64,000 nt of DNA, taken from NCBI GenBank assembly GCA_030265305.1, contig JASAOG010000080.1, forward strand, positions 1,746,630 through 1,810,629, in the 5' to 3' direction. Shown piece by piece: positions 12,601 through 25,100 of the stretch. Position 1 is the first letter of the stretch. Every line of letters starts with the position of its first letter. The notes below the pieces were generated by a model. The model saw nothing but the letters and a program-made list of their open reading frames with translations, made no database searches and was not told where the DNA came from. Both the position numbers and the translations under genes were made by a program. This DNA is from Biomphalaria pfeifferi (lineage: Eukaryota).

Positions 12601-15600
12601 CATCCTCTGCTCTAATGGACGCTCTTAAGGCCAACAATGTACTAGAGGAAATAGATCTCACGTAGGTTGAATGTTCTGTTCATAATTAGACATTTATTGG
12701 ATATGGCATATTTTTATTTATTAAAGCAAATAAAATGGTACTAAATAATAATAATAGTAATAATAAATCACCAGAAAATTCCTCAGTGGACTGCAATGAA
12801 ATTTGTCTCTCTTTAATGAAGCTTGACCCTGGCAGTGCCAGAGAATGAATATTCGTTGTTTCTAACATAATAATAATAATCCTTATTATTTATAAGAAAC
12901 TTTGTCTTACAATTTGTGCATTACACCAAACAATACATTATAACTATAGAAAACCAAAATATTCATTCACACCAGACTTATTTATAATTTACTTCTGAAA
13001 TGTTTATATTACATTGTTAAATTGTATTTAATGATCTGATTGCCAGGGGAATAATAGAGTTTTTGTGTCTGTCTTTGCTGTTGGTATCTTGTTTCTCTTA
13101 TGTAATGGTAAAATCACAAAATCCTGACCCAAAGGAGGATTTTTTATTTTTATAGGGCTGATAGAGGAAGGAATGTGGGTATTATATCTCATCCTAGGTG
13201 ATGATAAAAGTACATATAACTTTACTGGCTTGAAAAGTTCTTTTTGGAGACCTGTATGGTCAAGTCTAATGTTAGCTTGGTACCTGGTTTGAGTCCTTGT
13301 TAGAAAGTATGTTTCACCATGTTTTCTTTCAATATCTATTGTACCCTAGTTGCTGCCATTACATGTTACATGTCATGTTCATTTATTTATTGGAACCTAT
13401 TTTAGTGCATGTTTTTTTTTTACAACTGTTTTAAATATAGAAACAATAGACTAACTACAGAAGGCGCTGTACTGATTGGTAAAGGTCTAACAATTAATGA
13501 AACCCTCAAAGTTCTAAAGGTCTGCTCTTTTGATTTTTTTTATCACTCAGCAAATCAGCGACAAGCTAATTGCTGTAATAAAATTATAGTAGTGCAGTGT
13601 TTCTCAAACTTTTTCCTTAATGAAACACTTTGCTCACTTTGAGTATTTAATGGAACACTTTGCTTATTTTTTTAGAGAGATTAATTCACATGGTGGCCTA
13701 TAAGTTAATTATTCCAGTAGTTTGCAGAACACATATTTAAGCCTTGTGGAACACTAGGGTTCCATGGAACACAGTTTGGTAAACACTGTAGTAGTGTTTA
13801 ATCTGCTGAGATTACAAAATTTTATGAAATATTTTTAAAATTCCTTTTTTTTTTTTTGGTGACTTCAGAAAATTGCATAGGAAGGATGATATTTGGTGTC
13901 GGGGCTTCAGCCAGGACCCTACTGGAGAAGCTTACAGCGCTCCACCAGACCACCTAGAGAAAGACCACAACATGGCTGTTTTTTTATTATTTTTTGAATA
14001 ATTTGTTTTCGATGGCAATCCTCAAAGCCTTAATCTAAATATGTGGGCATCTTATCTTTTCAAGGAACAAATCAGTTGTATTAGCAATGTAGTAAGGGCC
14101 TGTAAATTCATTTTAGAATATTTTTCAAGTAAAAAAGGTCCTTTTTGAATATATATATATATATATATGCTGTACACACGTCTATGCTTAGGGTTAGGGT
14201 TTACTGGGCATTAGGGTTAGGGTTTGAAAAAAATTGCCTCCCCCCTCCCAAAGTTCTGGATCCGCTAGTGATCATTCACTGTAGTATCTCTCGATATCAT
14301 GCCGAATGTTAATTTCTTTAAGACAGACCCAAAAAAAATTGATTTTATTATTAATTTTTGTATTATGACTTTTTAAAAGTTAATGGCTACTTATAATTTT
14401 ACATGATTGTAATATGATCTAAGTCACTTTAAGATCAACCAGTGAACTATTTCAGGTTGGCAAGAATCCTATGCAGAGTGCTGGCTGCTGGGCTATTGCA
14501 GCTGCCATCTTGAAAAATCCAAATTGTGTTCTGGAAACTGTTGACTTCACCGTAAGTGGAATCTTTATTTTTTTTGCTTTTTGTTACAGTTAGTAAAGTT
14601 CCTTTTTTAAACATTGTGATCTATAGGTCATCTGTTTCTTTGGTCTATGGTTAACGAGTAGGGTGTCATTTTGCCAGCACTATAACCAACCATCTTTACT
14701 TTTCCCAACTAATATTCAGGCACCCATTAGAGTTGGGTGTACTTAGGGGCGCCCTAAAAATCCTGTAAGTCAAAATCCCTGTCTTCACAGAGATTTGAAC
14801 CCTGAACCCCCGGAAGGGAAGCTAAGTGCTTAACCACTGTGTCCCCTTTTGTTACAGTTGAATAAGTATAAAAAAATAAATGGGGTTTGGATAGTTTATC
14901 TCTACTACAAGAGTTTTAATGTATCCTTTCCTCATTCCTCTCAAAATACTTTTATACTAATTTTTTCTAGAATGATAAGGTTGGAATAAAATTTTGAAGC
15001 TTCTTTTCAAGACCAAGATGTTTTAAGAAAAGAAGTAATATTCAATGATATTTGCTGTCTAGAGTTGTAAAGGGTAAAAAATAGCTAGCATAATAGCAAA
15101 AGTCTTTATTATTCACTGTAGAAGTTAGCTTACTATTTTAAAAAGTTGGTGGACCTAATAATGCCTTTGGTTCCTTAGAAAATTAATCTTCATCAATAAA
15201 AATCTGGTGTTTATTTAGTTTGAAGCCAGGCAATTTATTTAAAATCAGTCAATTTTAGATTTAAAATGTGATTTTCATAATATCTTACTAAACTTTGCAA
15301 CTAAATAATCTTATTGAGTTCTTAATGAATTTCAAGATTTATGAACAAAAACTTTTGAGACAATTCAGATATTTAAATTGTGCACTCTAGCATTCCTATG
15401 TTAGCCATTCAAATTTATGAACTCAACACTGTCTGCCACCTTTCTTTCTTATCTTATCTTCTTATCTTATCTTATATAAATAAAAGCTAAAAGCTATAAA
15501 TATATATATATTACAGACATTACTTCAAAAAAGAAGATAATTACGTCTGGCGCAATTACTATGTCTAAAGCAGTTACTATGTATTCATGGTCTAAAAAGT

Positions 15601-18600
15601 TAATGTAATTATATTTATTTATTTTATCTTAATTAATTCTTTCATTAAGTAATTATCAATTATTTCAATTTTGGCACTTAGGATATAATTGTAAACAAAG
15701 ATTTCATTGCCTTGTGGAAGCAAGTTGAGGAACAATTTCCAAAACTAAGAACTGTTCATGGAGGTACATTTAAAATTTTTATTTTAGTGCTAAATTACTT
15801 TGACTAGCATGTATGGACATTTAGAAACTTAATTGCTTGTTTTTCTGTTTTTTGATAATATTAATAAAAAAAAAATGTGTGCACTAAATTGTGGAAATTT
15901 TCAGCAGCACTAAAAGAAATATTAAACCTTATTACAGTAGCATTTTTCTTTGGTAAATGTAATAGTGTTTGAGACATAATTTCTTATTATACAATAACAT
16001 AAAAAAAAATTGTTTGAATATTGATCAGTCTGCTTAAGAAGGTTTAATAATGATTAAGTATCAGTACCAACATTTTATTGGGATAAAAAACTGAAATAAG
16101 AGTTAAACATTCAGAAAATTCAGTAAATGTTTACCATGTATTTTTTGGTCAGACTCTATTTCACCATTTAGACAGCAAAATAAATTATAGTCATTGTTGT
16201 CTTTGATCCCTTCTTTTCTAGCTGGCTGTAGGGGCACATCATATCTTTAGAATGTCATCAAATGAATTTGAATTTAATTCGAATCGTCATCAAATCTGCA
16301 ACTTGTTTACAAAAAAAAAAACAAAAAAAAAAAAACTAAACCCTTTATCATTTATAATCAGAAATAGTTTTGCTCTGTAACATTGTTGCTATGTCCTAAT
16401 TTGTTTAGTGATCAAATATTCGTTTTAAACTACTATTTTGTTTATCAGTGCAACAGATTAACCCTTCTCAAAATTCTTACAGGAACTGAAATACCATTGA
16501 AACCAAAGCAAAGAGTCCATCCACTGGCCAAAGTTACAGCATTTATCAATGCCAGAAATATTAGGCTGATAGACTTCTTCAACGAGTTTGATAAAGATGG
16601 AAGCATGAATGTGTCCAGAGAGGAGTTTAAGCAAGGAATATTGGTAAAAGTTTTAAGGATTATTGTCTGTGATGAGAGTTGTCCTTTTGGTTGATATAAT
16701 ATGAATTTAATACTTATTATCTTTTGGAAAAACAAGTATTACTGGACTTACTTTATTATAGTGATGTTTGTATTTGTCTTAAATACCATTTTTAGTTAAG
16801 CTTTGGGCTAATGACCTACATCAACCATTCTTGTGAAGATCCTTTCTGGATGAAAAAATTGGGTATTAAATGTAAATTTTTCTGTAACTTGTTGTCAAAT
16901 GTAGGCTTACATAATTAGCCTTCTTTTCAAATAAATTAAAATGAAAAATAATTTCTTGATTTAAAAAAAAAAAAAGTTAGTTTGAAAAGGAAATAACAAT
17001 TATTAACAATGGAGCTCATGTTTTTGTAACTTAACAATAAGAGTGAGCTTGGCAAAAACTTACTTTGTTTTCATTTTCTGCTGCAATGGAAAATTACAAA
17101 CACAATAATTTAAAAAAAAAAAAAAAAAATTTGCTAAATTTTTTAGCTTAATATGTTTTAAATTCATTTTTTTTTCTAGCAACTTATACAGGTAACAATT
17201 GAAATGTTTAAATTTTTCCATAATACAATTTTTTTTACTATTTTGGAGATGGATGATATTGCACAGGCTTTTTTTTTTTATCTTCACCCTTTCCTTTTCT
17301 ATTTCCTTTTAGAATCATATTTTGTTTGCTCTAATTGGCATAATTCCTTTTTCTTTATTTATTACTAACACTAACAAGATATAATGAAAATGTTAACAGC
17401 AAAGTATCTCAATGTATCATAGCTCCTTAAGGTTTATATGGCCTAAACAGTTAATTTCCTTAATATGATTAAATTTGTATGCCATATAGTTAAAATATAA
17501 CATACTTCAATATGTTTCTAAAAATAGATACTTAAAATAATTAATACCCAAGTAATTGTAAAATAAATGTGATCAGTATATTTGTAGACATTATTTACAA
17601 TCTAGGCTATCTAATTAGTTTTGTAGTCATCTGTTAATTACTTCAATTCCAATTTATACATTAAAAATGTAATCATCTGTTGATTACTTCACCTAAACAT
17701 TTACACATTAATAATGCAATTATCTATTAATTATTTCAACTCCACATTTACACATTAAAAATGTAATTATCTGTTTATTATTTCAACTCCACATTTACAC
17801 TTTAGATTTACAGCAAGGCATTAGAAACACAAAATAACTATAATTATTTGAGCATAAATGTTGATTGAACAGAAACTCTGATCTGTCTGTAAAGTAATAT
17901 TGTTCTCTTTTCATAGATATACTAATTTATCTTTTTTTTTTTTTACTTCATCTTTCTGATAGTCAGTTGTAGAATAGTTCTTTATATTTTTACTTAGAGG
18001 TTGCTTTTTTCTTTCTACTGTTTTTTTAATTTTCTTATGCTTACATTTTCTTTTGTTTTTAACTTTGTCATTCTTTCATAAGTATTTTATTATTAACTTT
18101 TGCTTTAAATATATTAGAAAGCCAGTAATTATTGATGTTGTATGCTATTTTTTTCAATTTGCACACTGAAGAAAATTATGTACAATAACTGACCAAGAAT
18201 GGTGACTATCACTTGACATGAACTTGTAATGATAATGTTACAAATGTGTTTTTCAAACATCTTTTAACTTCAAACATTTTTTTTTCTTTGTTTTTTTTCA
18301 TCAAACAAACATTGGGGGGGGGGGGGGGGGGGGGCTTTTTAAAAAATGTTTAGTTCATCAAAAAACATTTATATTTTTCTTTGGGGCTATGTTCCAATTA
18401 GGAAACTGGCATAAATCTATCTCCTGAGGATATTGAATTGTTGATTAATGAACTAAATGTCAATGAGGATGGTGCTATCAATTACAGGTACATTTTTTTA
18501 TTATTAAAGTTAGTTTAGATAGTCTTAAATATTCATGTTAAACTACAAACCCTAATGTTTACTCTACATAAAATAATATCTGTAAATCTTTTTAGAGCAG

Positions 18601-19106
18601 GGTTGGCAAACCTTTGTTTTGTTTCTACATGATTTAGATGTTCCTTCAAGATTGAGGATTATTACATTGTAGACTAAACCTCCTGTAGGATGCAGGGGAT
18701 GGCTGTGGGCAGAGTTTGAACTCAGGACCATCAAAAAGACATTCCAGAGAGCATATCATACAACCAGGGAGACATCTAGACAATATATATATGTATAGAT
18801 ACATGACTGTGATAAGGGTTAAGCAAGGAAATCTGCGAGAACCTCATATTTTTTAAGTTACCAACAAAATCAGGAAATCAATTCCTATTGCTGTGTTGTA
18901 AAAGATGTCAAAGATGTCTGACGTAGGACTTTACATTGAAATCCCAGGTTGATTAGTGTTAGAAATAAAATACTTATTATTAATTTAGCTTCTAATGTTT
19001 CTTTTAATTAAACCATTTCAGTGAGCTAGCTGTTGGACAAATGGACTATGAAGGTAAAAGGAAAAGAGTCATCCCCTATACAACATTGAGGCCAATGACA
19101 TCATAA
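6550..19106 (+). CDS. Gene span: RNI-like leucine-rich-repeat protein with C-terminal EF-hand pair (LRRC74/LRRC34-like LRR region), 13 coding exons
   Basis: Exons 6550-6649, 9089-9261, 9940-10047, 11051-11141, 11349-11398, 11514-11681, 12546-12661, 13441-13519, 14456-14551, 15682-15763, 16483-16643, 18402-18487, 19022-19106. Every exon has an AG acceptor and GT donor, and intron phases are consistent across all junctions. Repeated LxxLxLSxNxLGxxG ribonuclease-inhibitor-type LRR motifs. Two EF-hand loops (DKDGSMNVSREE; NVNEDGAINYSE) near the C-terminus. Confidence 0.7.
6882..7130 (+). mobile_element. tRNA-derived SINE, full-length copy with 13-bp target-site duplication CTTAGAGACACTG (6869-6881 and 7131-7143)
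   Basis: tRNA-like head with A-box TGGCTGAGTGG and B-box-like GCTCGAATCTC. Conserved body ...TTAGTTGGGGAAAGTAAAG..GGTCGTTGTGCTGGCCA.ATGACAC...TTAACCGTGGGTTACAG...GGTCTGAAAGGGGAACTTA. Five more copies in this window. Lies in LRR-EF intron 1. Confidence 0.8.
7740..7860. repeat. Dispersed/direct repeat Y (second copy 8770-8880)
   Basis: AA.ATTGCAAGCTGC.AAATATC.T.AA.TGGA.TTT.AA.A..TTT.TTTTTTAGTT..GAGA shared by the two loci ~1 kb apart; they flank a GC-richer island (8420-8650). Confidence 0.45.
9089..9261 (+). CDS. LRR-EF gene exon 2 (EATPAYDHSGKTLYLDACKKFGVVPISYFLRHMNDNSLSMKHHGLAGEGMRPIAISLV)
   Basis: Acceptor TTTTACAG|AG, donor GTG|GTAAGT. The 'ACKKFGVVPISYFLRH...NHHGL..G..AIA' start is typical of RNI-like LRR proteins. 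Confidence 0.7.
9940..10047 (+). CDS. LRR-EF gene exon 3 (SNATITTLDLTDNWLGVDGGLALCEMLKENCFITDL)
   Basis: Acceptor TCTCTTCAG|, donor TTG|GTAAAC, phase 0/0, LRR motif. Confidence 0.75.
11051..11141 (+). CDS. LRR-EF gene exon 4 (NLSDNNLDKCAAQLCEIIQKNDTLRKVNLS+g)
   Basis: Acceptor TTTTCAG|, donor CAG|GTATAT, ends phase 1. Confidence 0.75.
11349..11398 (+). CDS. LRR-EF gene exon 5 ((G)NGFDDVSAIHLTNLIL)
   Basis: Acceptor TATTATAG|GG completes a Gly codon; donor CTG|GTACAT. Confidence 0.65.
11514..11681 (+). CDS. LRR-EF gene exon 6 (TTTKLESLNLSHNHLGEKAGLMLGPAISENLCLKELDLSWNHLRRKGAIAVAAGVK)
   Basis: Acceptor CAAACTTAG|, donor AAG|GTGAGA; two LRR units. Confidence 0.8.
12546..12661 (+). CDS. LRR-EF gene exon 7 (SNVFMKKVNLSWNGFGQEASSALMDALKANNVLEEIDL+ac)
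   Basis: Acceptor TTTTTTAG|, donor CAC|GTAGGT, ends phase 2. Confidence 0.75.
13441..13519 (+). CDS. LRR-EF gene exon 8 ((T)NNRLTTEGAVLIGKGLTINETLKVLK)
   Basis: Acceptor AATATAG|, donor AAG|GTCTGC. Confidence 0.7.
14188..14232. repeat. Short interstitial telomere-like repeat (TTAGGG)2..(TTAGGG)2
   Basis: GCTTAGGGTTAGGGTTTACTGGGCATTAGGGTTAGGGTTTG, immediately after an (AT)10 run; in LRR-EF intron 8. Confidence 0.6.
14456..14551 (+). CDS. LRR-EF gene exon 9 (VGKNPMQSAGCWAIAAAILKNPNCVLETVDFT)
   Basis: Acceptor TATTTCAG|, donor ACC|GTAAGT. Confidence 0.75.
14699..14846 (-). mobile_element. tRNA-derived SINE, 5' portion (~150 bp), same family
   Basis: Reverse complement gives GGGGACACAGTGGTTAAGCACTTAGC...GGTTCAAATCTCTGTGAAGACAGGGATTTTGA...GATTTTTAGGGCGCCCCTAAG... 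In LRR-EF intron 9. Confidence 0.7.
15682..15763 (+). CDS. LRR-EF gene exon 10 (DIIVNKDFIALWKQVEEQFPKLRTVHG+g)
   Basis: Acceptor CACTTAG|, donor GAG|GTACAT. Confidence 0.65.
16483..16643 (+). CDS. LRR-EF gene exon 11 ((G)TEIPLKPKQRVHPLAKVTAFINARNIRLIDFFNEFDKDGSMNVSREEFKQGIL), EF-hand 1
   Basis: Acceptor TTCTTACAG|, donor TTG|GTAAAA. EF-hand-like loop DKDGSMNVSREE. Overlaps ORF-track 16383..16694. Confidence 0.75.
18402..18487 (+). CDS. LRR-EF gene exon 12 (ETGINLSPEDIELLINELNVNEDGAINY+ag), EF-hand 2
   Basis: Acceptor CCAATTAG|, donor CAG|GTACAT. With the next exon gives canonical 12-residue loop NVNEDGAINYSE. Confidence 0.7.
19022..19106 (+). CDS. LRR-EF gene terminal coding exon ((S)ELAVGQMDYEGKRKRVIPYTTLRPMTS*)
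   Basis: Acceptor CCATTTCAG|, stop TAA 19104-19106. An alternative internal donor GAAG|GTAAAAG at about 19052 cannot be excluded. Confidence 0.55.
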
Positions 19107-22100
19107 AAGTTATTTTTACTGGTAATTTGTATCTCATGAAAAGAAAGAGTCACATTTGTCAGATGAAGCTAAACCAAATTTTTAGATTGTTAATGAACTC
19201 ATTTATCTACCAAGCCTGTACAGATTCTACATTAACAAGGCAAGATAAAATGCTTCATTTTCACCCCACTCTTCTTATTGTCTGTTTCTTTTTCTGCAAA
19301 ATTTTTTTGTTCTAGTCAAACAGAATATTTTAATTTGAAAGATTTAAAATTTGTAATGTTCACCTCTTGTGGATTAAGTTATTCTTTTAAACTTAAGGAA
19401 AAAGGATGTTTTTTTTTTCTTTTTAAATTAAATCTTGATTCATTTTGAACTTAGGGAAACAAATTTGAGGGCCAAAATTTATCCGAAAAATTCTAAAAAA
19501 AAATAAATTTATTCACAACAGATTTTTATTGTTATTGTAGATTTGTAATATACAAATTGTAAATGTAATAGATTTTTATTTTTTTATTTTAGTCTATTAT
19601 AGAAGTTTTGTGGTACATGGGTGATAGGAACTTGAGAGGGCTGAAGGGGCACAAGACCTGAAAAGTACTTATGCATCAAATAACTAATAAAAATGATTCC
19701 AGCTTCTTATCCTTAGAAGGGCATTGCTTTCCTGAATACTTCTGCTTTTTTTTTTTCTTCTCTAACATTGCTTTGACTGAATTTAGGAGTCTGGGTACTA
19801 AGTTTCTTTGCCACATTATTCTATGTTTTTTTTTCTCATTACTTTTGTATAGTGCATCTTTCATGCTATAGCATACTCTGTGATATGGTACAATCTCTTT
19901 TGTGGACCTGTGGGGACATCTAGGGAGAAGAGGTTTCCATGCTGCCATTAAGTTCTTAGCAAACACAACTCAGCTTGTGTCGAGATTTCAACTCAAGCCA
20001 CTTTGATGGTAGCCAAATGATTAATGCCACTCAGCCACTCACATTCCATGTTCTGAAAAATAAAGCTCTGTCTTAGATTACTCTGAAGACCTGTCCCTTT
20101 GGAAAGTTGTGCAGTAGATTGCTCTGTTCTCTGAGAAATAAAATGAGGTGCCAGATTGCTTTGCATTTTGATTAGTCAAAAATGTGAGATAGGGTTACTA
20201 GAAATTGATAGGCTAGATCTCTACTCAAATTAAAGAAGAAATGCTTTAGTCAGTAGACAAGTGTTGGACCCATTCTGATCAGATTTTTTGAATTGTGATG
20301 CAAGAAATGATTTTGCTATTAGATAAACTATTAGATAAACCTGCTCAATTTAAATGTAGAAAAAGTTAAATGCTTAAATGCAGAGTTACAATACTTGTTA
20401 TTACACAAATGTTATAATTCTTTTTTTTTTTGTTAAGTTAAAATACTTGGTGCAGGAGAAACATATGCCCCAGTAAATTTCTGTTCTGTAATTGTAACTA
20501 TTTTAATGCCAGTATTTTAACAAGTGCCTTTTTGTGAATATTTTTAATGTAACAAGAAATATGCTTCATTGTATTACATATAGCTTTTTGTAACAATTCT
20601 GACCATTCTTTTTAGTAGTTGAAATATAATATTTTCCTTTTTTTTTAGTAAGTAAAACTGTGCATGAATGAATGTGTTTGTTTTTTTAAGAAGGAAATAT
20701 CTTCTGTTACAATGTATGAAAATTTAGGATTGTATGATTTGTAATTATTCATATTACATAATTTTCATCTTACTGTAATATTATATACTATATAGCTTTA
20801 AATTATTCAATCCTATTCCAAATGAATGTGGGACACATAATAAAAGTAAAAAGACAAATGTACAGAGTTACTAATATTACATAAAGTATTTGAGCATTAT
20901 ACATATGCTACATAGAGTTCTATGTTAAGGATAATTATATGGACAAGTAATTCTACAAATGTGTCTTTTTCCTTCTTGTTTAAAAAAAAAATCGCCTTCA
21001 CTCCAAAACAAAAAAAAAACTTCAATTGTACACTAATGCTAACCAACTTCATCTCCATGTGTCAGTTCAGCTTACCAGAAGAAATCAGAAGAAATAAAAG
21101 CCCATGTCCTTCATATCTCCCATCAGTTTTCTTTTTTTCTACCTTTCTTCGTCATAGATTTTTGCAAGACCTTACAGCATGCAAGGAGAAGGTTGGCCAA
21201 GTGTTTGATAGCTCAAGTGTGAGTTGTAAGAAATATTGGAATTTCTTTAAAGACACAAAAAAAACAACCTAGTCTAGCTCCAAATCTCCAGGCATAAGCT
21301 GGTGGAGTAAATAAAATTTGTCATGTGCTGTCACTTATCATGTAGGTAATGTGTTGATCAAAGAAACTGGTTGCTCTGTGTACCATTACATTTCGAGGGT
21401 ACTTTTTGATATCATTCGAGCTTTTTGCTATGATAATGCTAAGTCAGTCATTAAATAGTCCTATTTCATTTCAGATTTTCTCATAGAAATAATTTACTTA
21501 ATATTCATTAAATTCTTTACATTACAAGGCCTGGGTTTGTCTTAAGAGATGTGCAATTAATGTCGATGTTTTTACAACCTTACATGCAAAAGCCACATCT
21601 GTGTGAGATTTGATCATATTAAAACTCAACACCCCAGTAACATTTTCTGTTTAATCATTTGCATTTCTTGTTTATTTCATATATACTCAATGGAAAATCT
21701 TTTTGTTTTACCACATGTACATTGTATATGTACTTCTGGATTTGTCTATTTGTTGATACCAAAGTGATGTTATTGAATTCTGAACAAGCAATATTATAAC
21801 AAAAGCCTGAATGCTGTAACATTTGAATGTTTTGTTGAAATGTTTTCACATTTAAAAATTTTCTCTACTAGTTTTAGTAGCGTCATAGTTGATTTGAATA
21901 AACCTCAAGCAATAAATATTTGTACAAATTATGATGTCTTTTGAATGGATGAATGTTTGAAATTTAAAAAATTTTAATATAGTAATAACCACCTTCTTGC
22001 CTAATTTATAATTAGAATTTACATTTTTCAAAGACTAAAACATATTTAAGAAAAAAGTTTTGCTAACTTATTTTAGACAAGTAAAGAAGATAACAGTGAT

Positions 22101-25100
22101 ACAATGTAAGTTACCTAATTTTAAATTTATGAAATATTTTATTAAGTTATTGTATGGTGCTAAAATTGAGTTGTCTTTTTTCTCGCTTTTAACCATAATA
22201 TGATGAATACAAAGAAAGAAGGTTCTGTAATTTTATTTAAAGAAGAATTAAATTGTGGTGCTAGACAAGTGAAACAAAAGCTATCTCATCTGAAATCAGA
22301 TACACAAAATAACAGGAATATCACTTTGATTATTAGTTTTGAAAAACAATAAACATTGAACAAAACAAAGTTGAAACAAAAATGTATTTTAATGGTTCAG
22401 ATAAGAACAACTTAGAAATTGAACAGCAGTTTTGTGCATCATTTCATTGTTACTACACAGCAATTACATGGCTCAGATCTAATTCACTCCAAATAAAATC
22501 ATAGAAACCTTGTTGGAAAATCTACAACAGATGTTAGCGCAGGTTTCTAGACAATGGTAATAGCTGAAAAAAAATCTCCCTATATTTATTGTTCTGAAGT
22601 AGTCACCATACTTAATATTCATTTTTCTGAATAGTTTGATTGCAAAATCCTTGTGGATGTCAAAAGCAATGAAAGTAATGATAATAACATGAGTAAAAGA
22701 AAAAAAAATTAAAATACACTTTTTTTAAAATAGGTTGTTTCTAAAAATTATCAGTTCCTCTGTTCCAAAACAGTGCAAGCTACCAAGACATGAGAAGGAA
22801 AATGCGATGAGACTTTCTAATCAATGGAGATCATGACAATCTTTTTAGGATATGTGAAAATAAACAGAACCACAAGTGTAGACAAACTTTTATAATCATC
22901 AATATCACTTTCATTTATGATAAACATTTCAATCACATTCAGTTACACATTTTTTCCACTAAAAATATTAACATTAAATGATAGACAATACATTTTATGG
23001 AAATAAATTGATTACTTTTATGACTTAAAAAACACACGCAAATTAACACATTAACCTTTGAAGTCACAACAACATGCCTGAATGGAATGTTACTGCTGGT
23101 AACATAGAAACAATTTGTACACAATTTTACTTGTCGAGGATGGGGTGGCTAAGTACTTTACAGCCAATTGAAAGGTCTTCATATCACACATGGATAGTAA
23201 TTATCTTCTCATTTAAAGAAATAACTGCTATTTCTAAGGATGATAGAGCCTGGTGAATTTTGAAATTTACTTGCTATAAATGGGTACTTGACATAATACC
23301 CCCACATAACCAATTAGCTATAAGAACTAGTGAATCTAGCTTTACTTCAAATCAGAACCACAAGAACTCAGTTTTATCAACGTAAGATAGTTTATCATTG
23401 ATTGTGCATAGCATTTTTATCAACAAACAAGCAAAAAAACTAGCAGTAGAAATTCTGAGGGGTCTCATGCTGAACAAGAACATTCTTTTTTTCAGGTTAC
23501 ATTATCTTGGAATTCTAGATTTGTTTCTCCAATGTTACCCCCAATCAATAATGTATTCTGTAGTATTCTGTTACAAATAAAAATGCCTTTAATTGTTGCA
23601 TATGCTCTTACACAAAGATAAAATAAATGATATGCATGTACTTAAATACTTCAGATTTCAACACTTTGGACTATGTCACAGTGTTGAAACCAATTGAAGA
23701 TAAAATTACATAAATATTTACTTACATAAACTAATTACATAATATTTTAGACAGTTAATTACATACAAATTTTTTTAAAAGCAGCAGGGTTTGTGCAGTC
23801 ATGTGTAACACTGCTATTCGAAGACATTGCCGTCATTTTTTTAAAAAGTAAATATAAGTAAGAAGTAAAGTTAGCATGACCCTTTAACACAAATGTGTTA
23901 TACAGAATCTGAGCTTTTGTTTTTGATAAGGCAAACATGTATTAATAAAAAAAAAAGGTTTATAAATTAATACTATTAAAGACTTTGAGGGATTGATTAT
24001 TTCATTAGCAAAAGTTAAATAAAAAAGCTTGCTAAAGATAAAAGAATGTAAAGTGATCTATTGCTACAATAGGGTTCATTTCATATAATAATTATATCAA
24101 AAAGTTGTTCATTTAAATGTATTTTTAATTAATCTAATTTACTGATTTTCAATATATACATAAATCAGCTGCTAATGTTGAACACTTCTTTTGGTGTGAG
24201 TTTTATGATTTGGTGGCTTGATGACATATGAGCACTATAAAGGAATGAAAAAAACTTTGTTTATATGAAATTTAACTAAAAATTTATTTAGTTTGAATTA
24301 TAAAACTTCATTTCATATTCCTGAACTTTTCTTCTTTGATCCCCTAGTTCTAACACTTGAAAGTTCAGACTCAATATGACAATGTTTGACATGTTGCCTA
24401 TAAATGTCTTTTCAAAGTTAAAAGCACAAAACAGTCAATAATGTGAAAGGTAAGTACAGAACTGAAAAAAATTTAGAATTGGAGGCTGCTCTTCAGTTAA
24501 AATATGGTTGGAAAGATATTATGGAGCTTCCATAAAAGGCAGCAATCTAGAATCAAGTCTGTCAAAAATGTGTGGTCCGAACCCTGCTCTTTCGTAGGCA
24601 TACTGGAAAGATTGTAAATAATAATTCAAGGCACAACAGAACTATTTTAAGATTTTAATTATGTTCTTATTCTTTTCAAAAAGAAACAGTCTTAAGAAAT
24701 ACGAAATAGTTTGTATTTAGTCAATTATTTTATATTGTTTTGACAATAAAATATTCTTAAGACAAAAAAGACACATCTTTTTACTGCGCCTAGCACTGCT
24801 GCTGTTATTGCCAGGTAAATCAGGTTGACAGCAACAATAATTAAGATTGTATATGCTACTATACATGTATACAACAAAATAATGTCTAAATAAAAATATA
24901 TGTTGCTAGTTACCTGGCAGCAGTTGGTAAATATAAATGTATATATATGAATGTAAGAAAAGACATAAAAGTGGTTTTCATTAAAAATCTTTTTTACAGA
25001 TAAGTATCAAAACATTGGTACATTAAAAAAAAAGATATAAAAATGTACCTTTTAATAAAAACAGTTAGTCCATACATTACCTGTTAATGTATAAACTTTT

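Noticed and set aside
16445-16735. ORF 16445..16735 (-)
   Set aside because: Antisense shadow of LRR-EF exon 11 (16483-16643 +), which has the EF-hand motif and splice sites.
20922-21272. ORF 20922..21272 (+) 116 aa and other ORFs in 19100-25900
   Set aside because: Low-complexity, AT-rich, no splice-consistent structure or homology. The region is most likely the 3' UTRs and intergenic space between the convergent LRR-EF and CHK2 genes.
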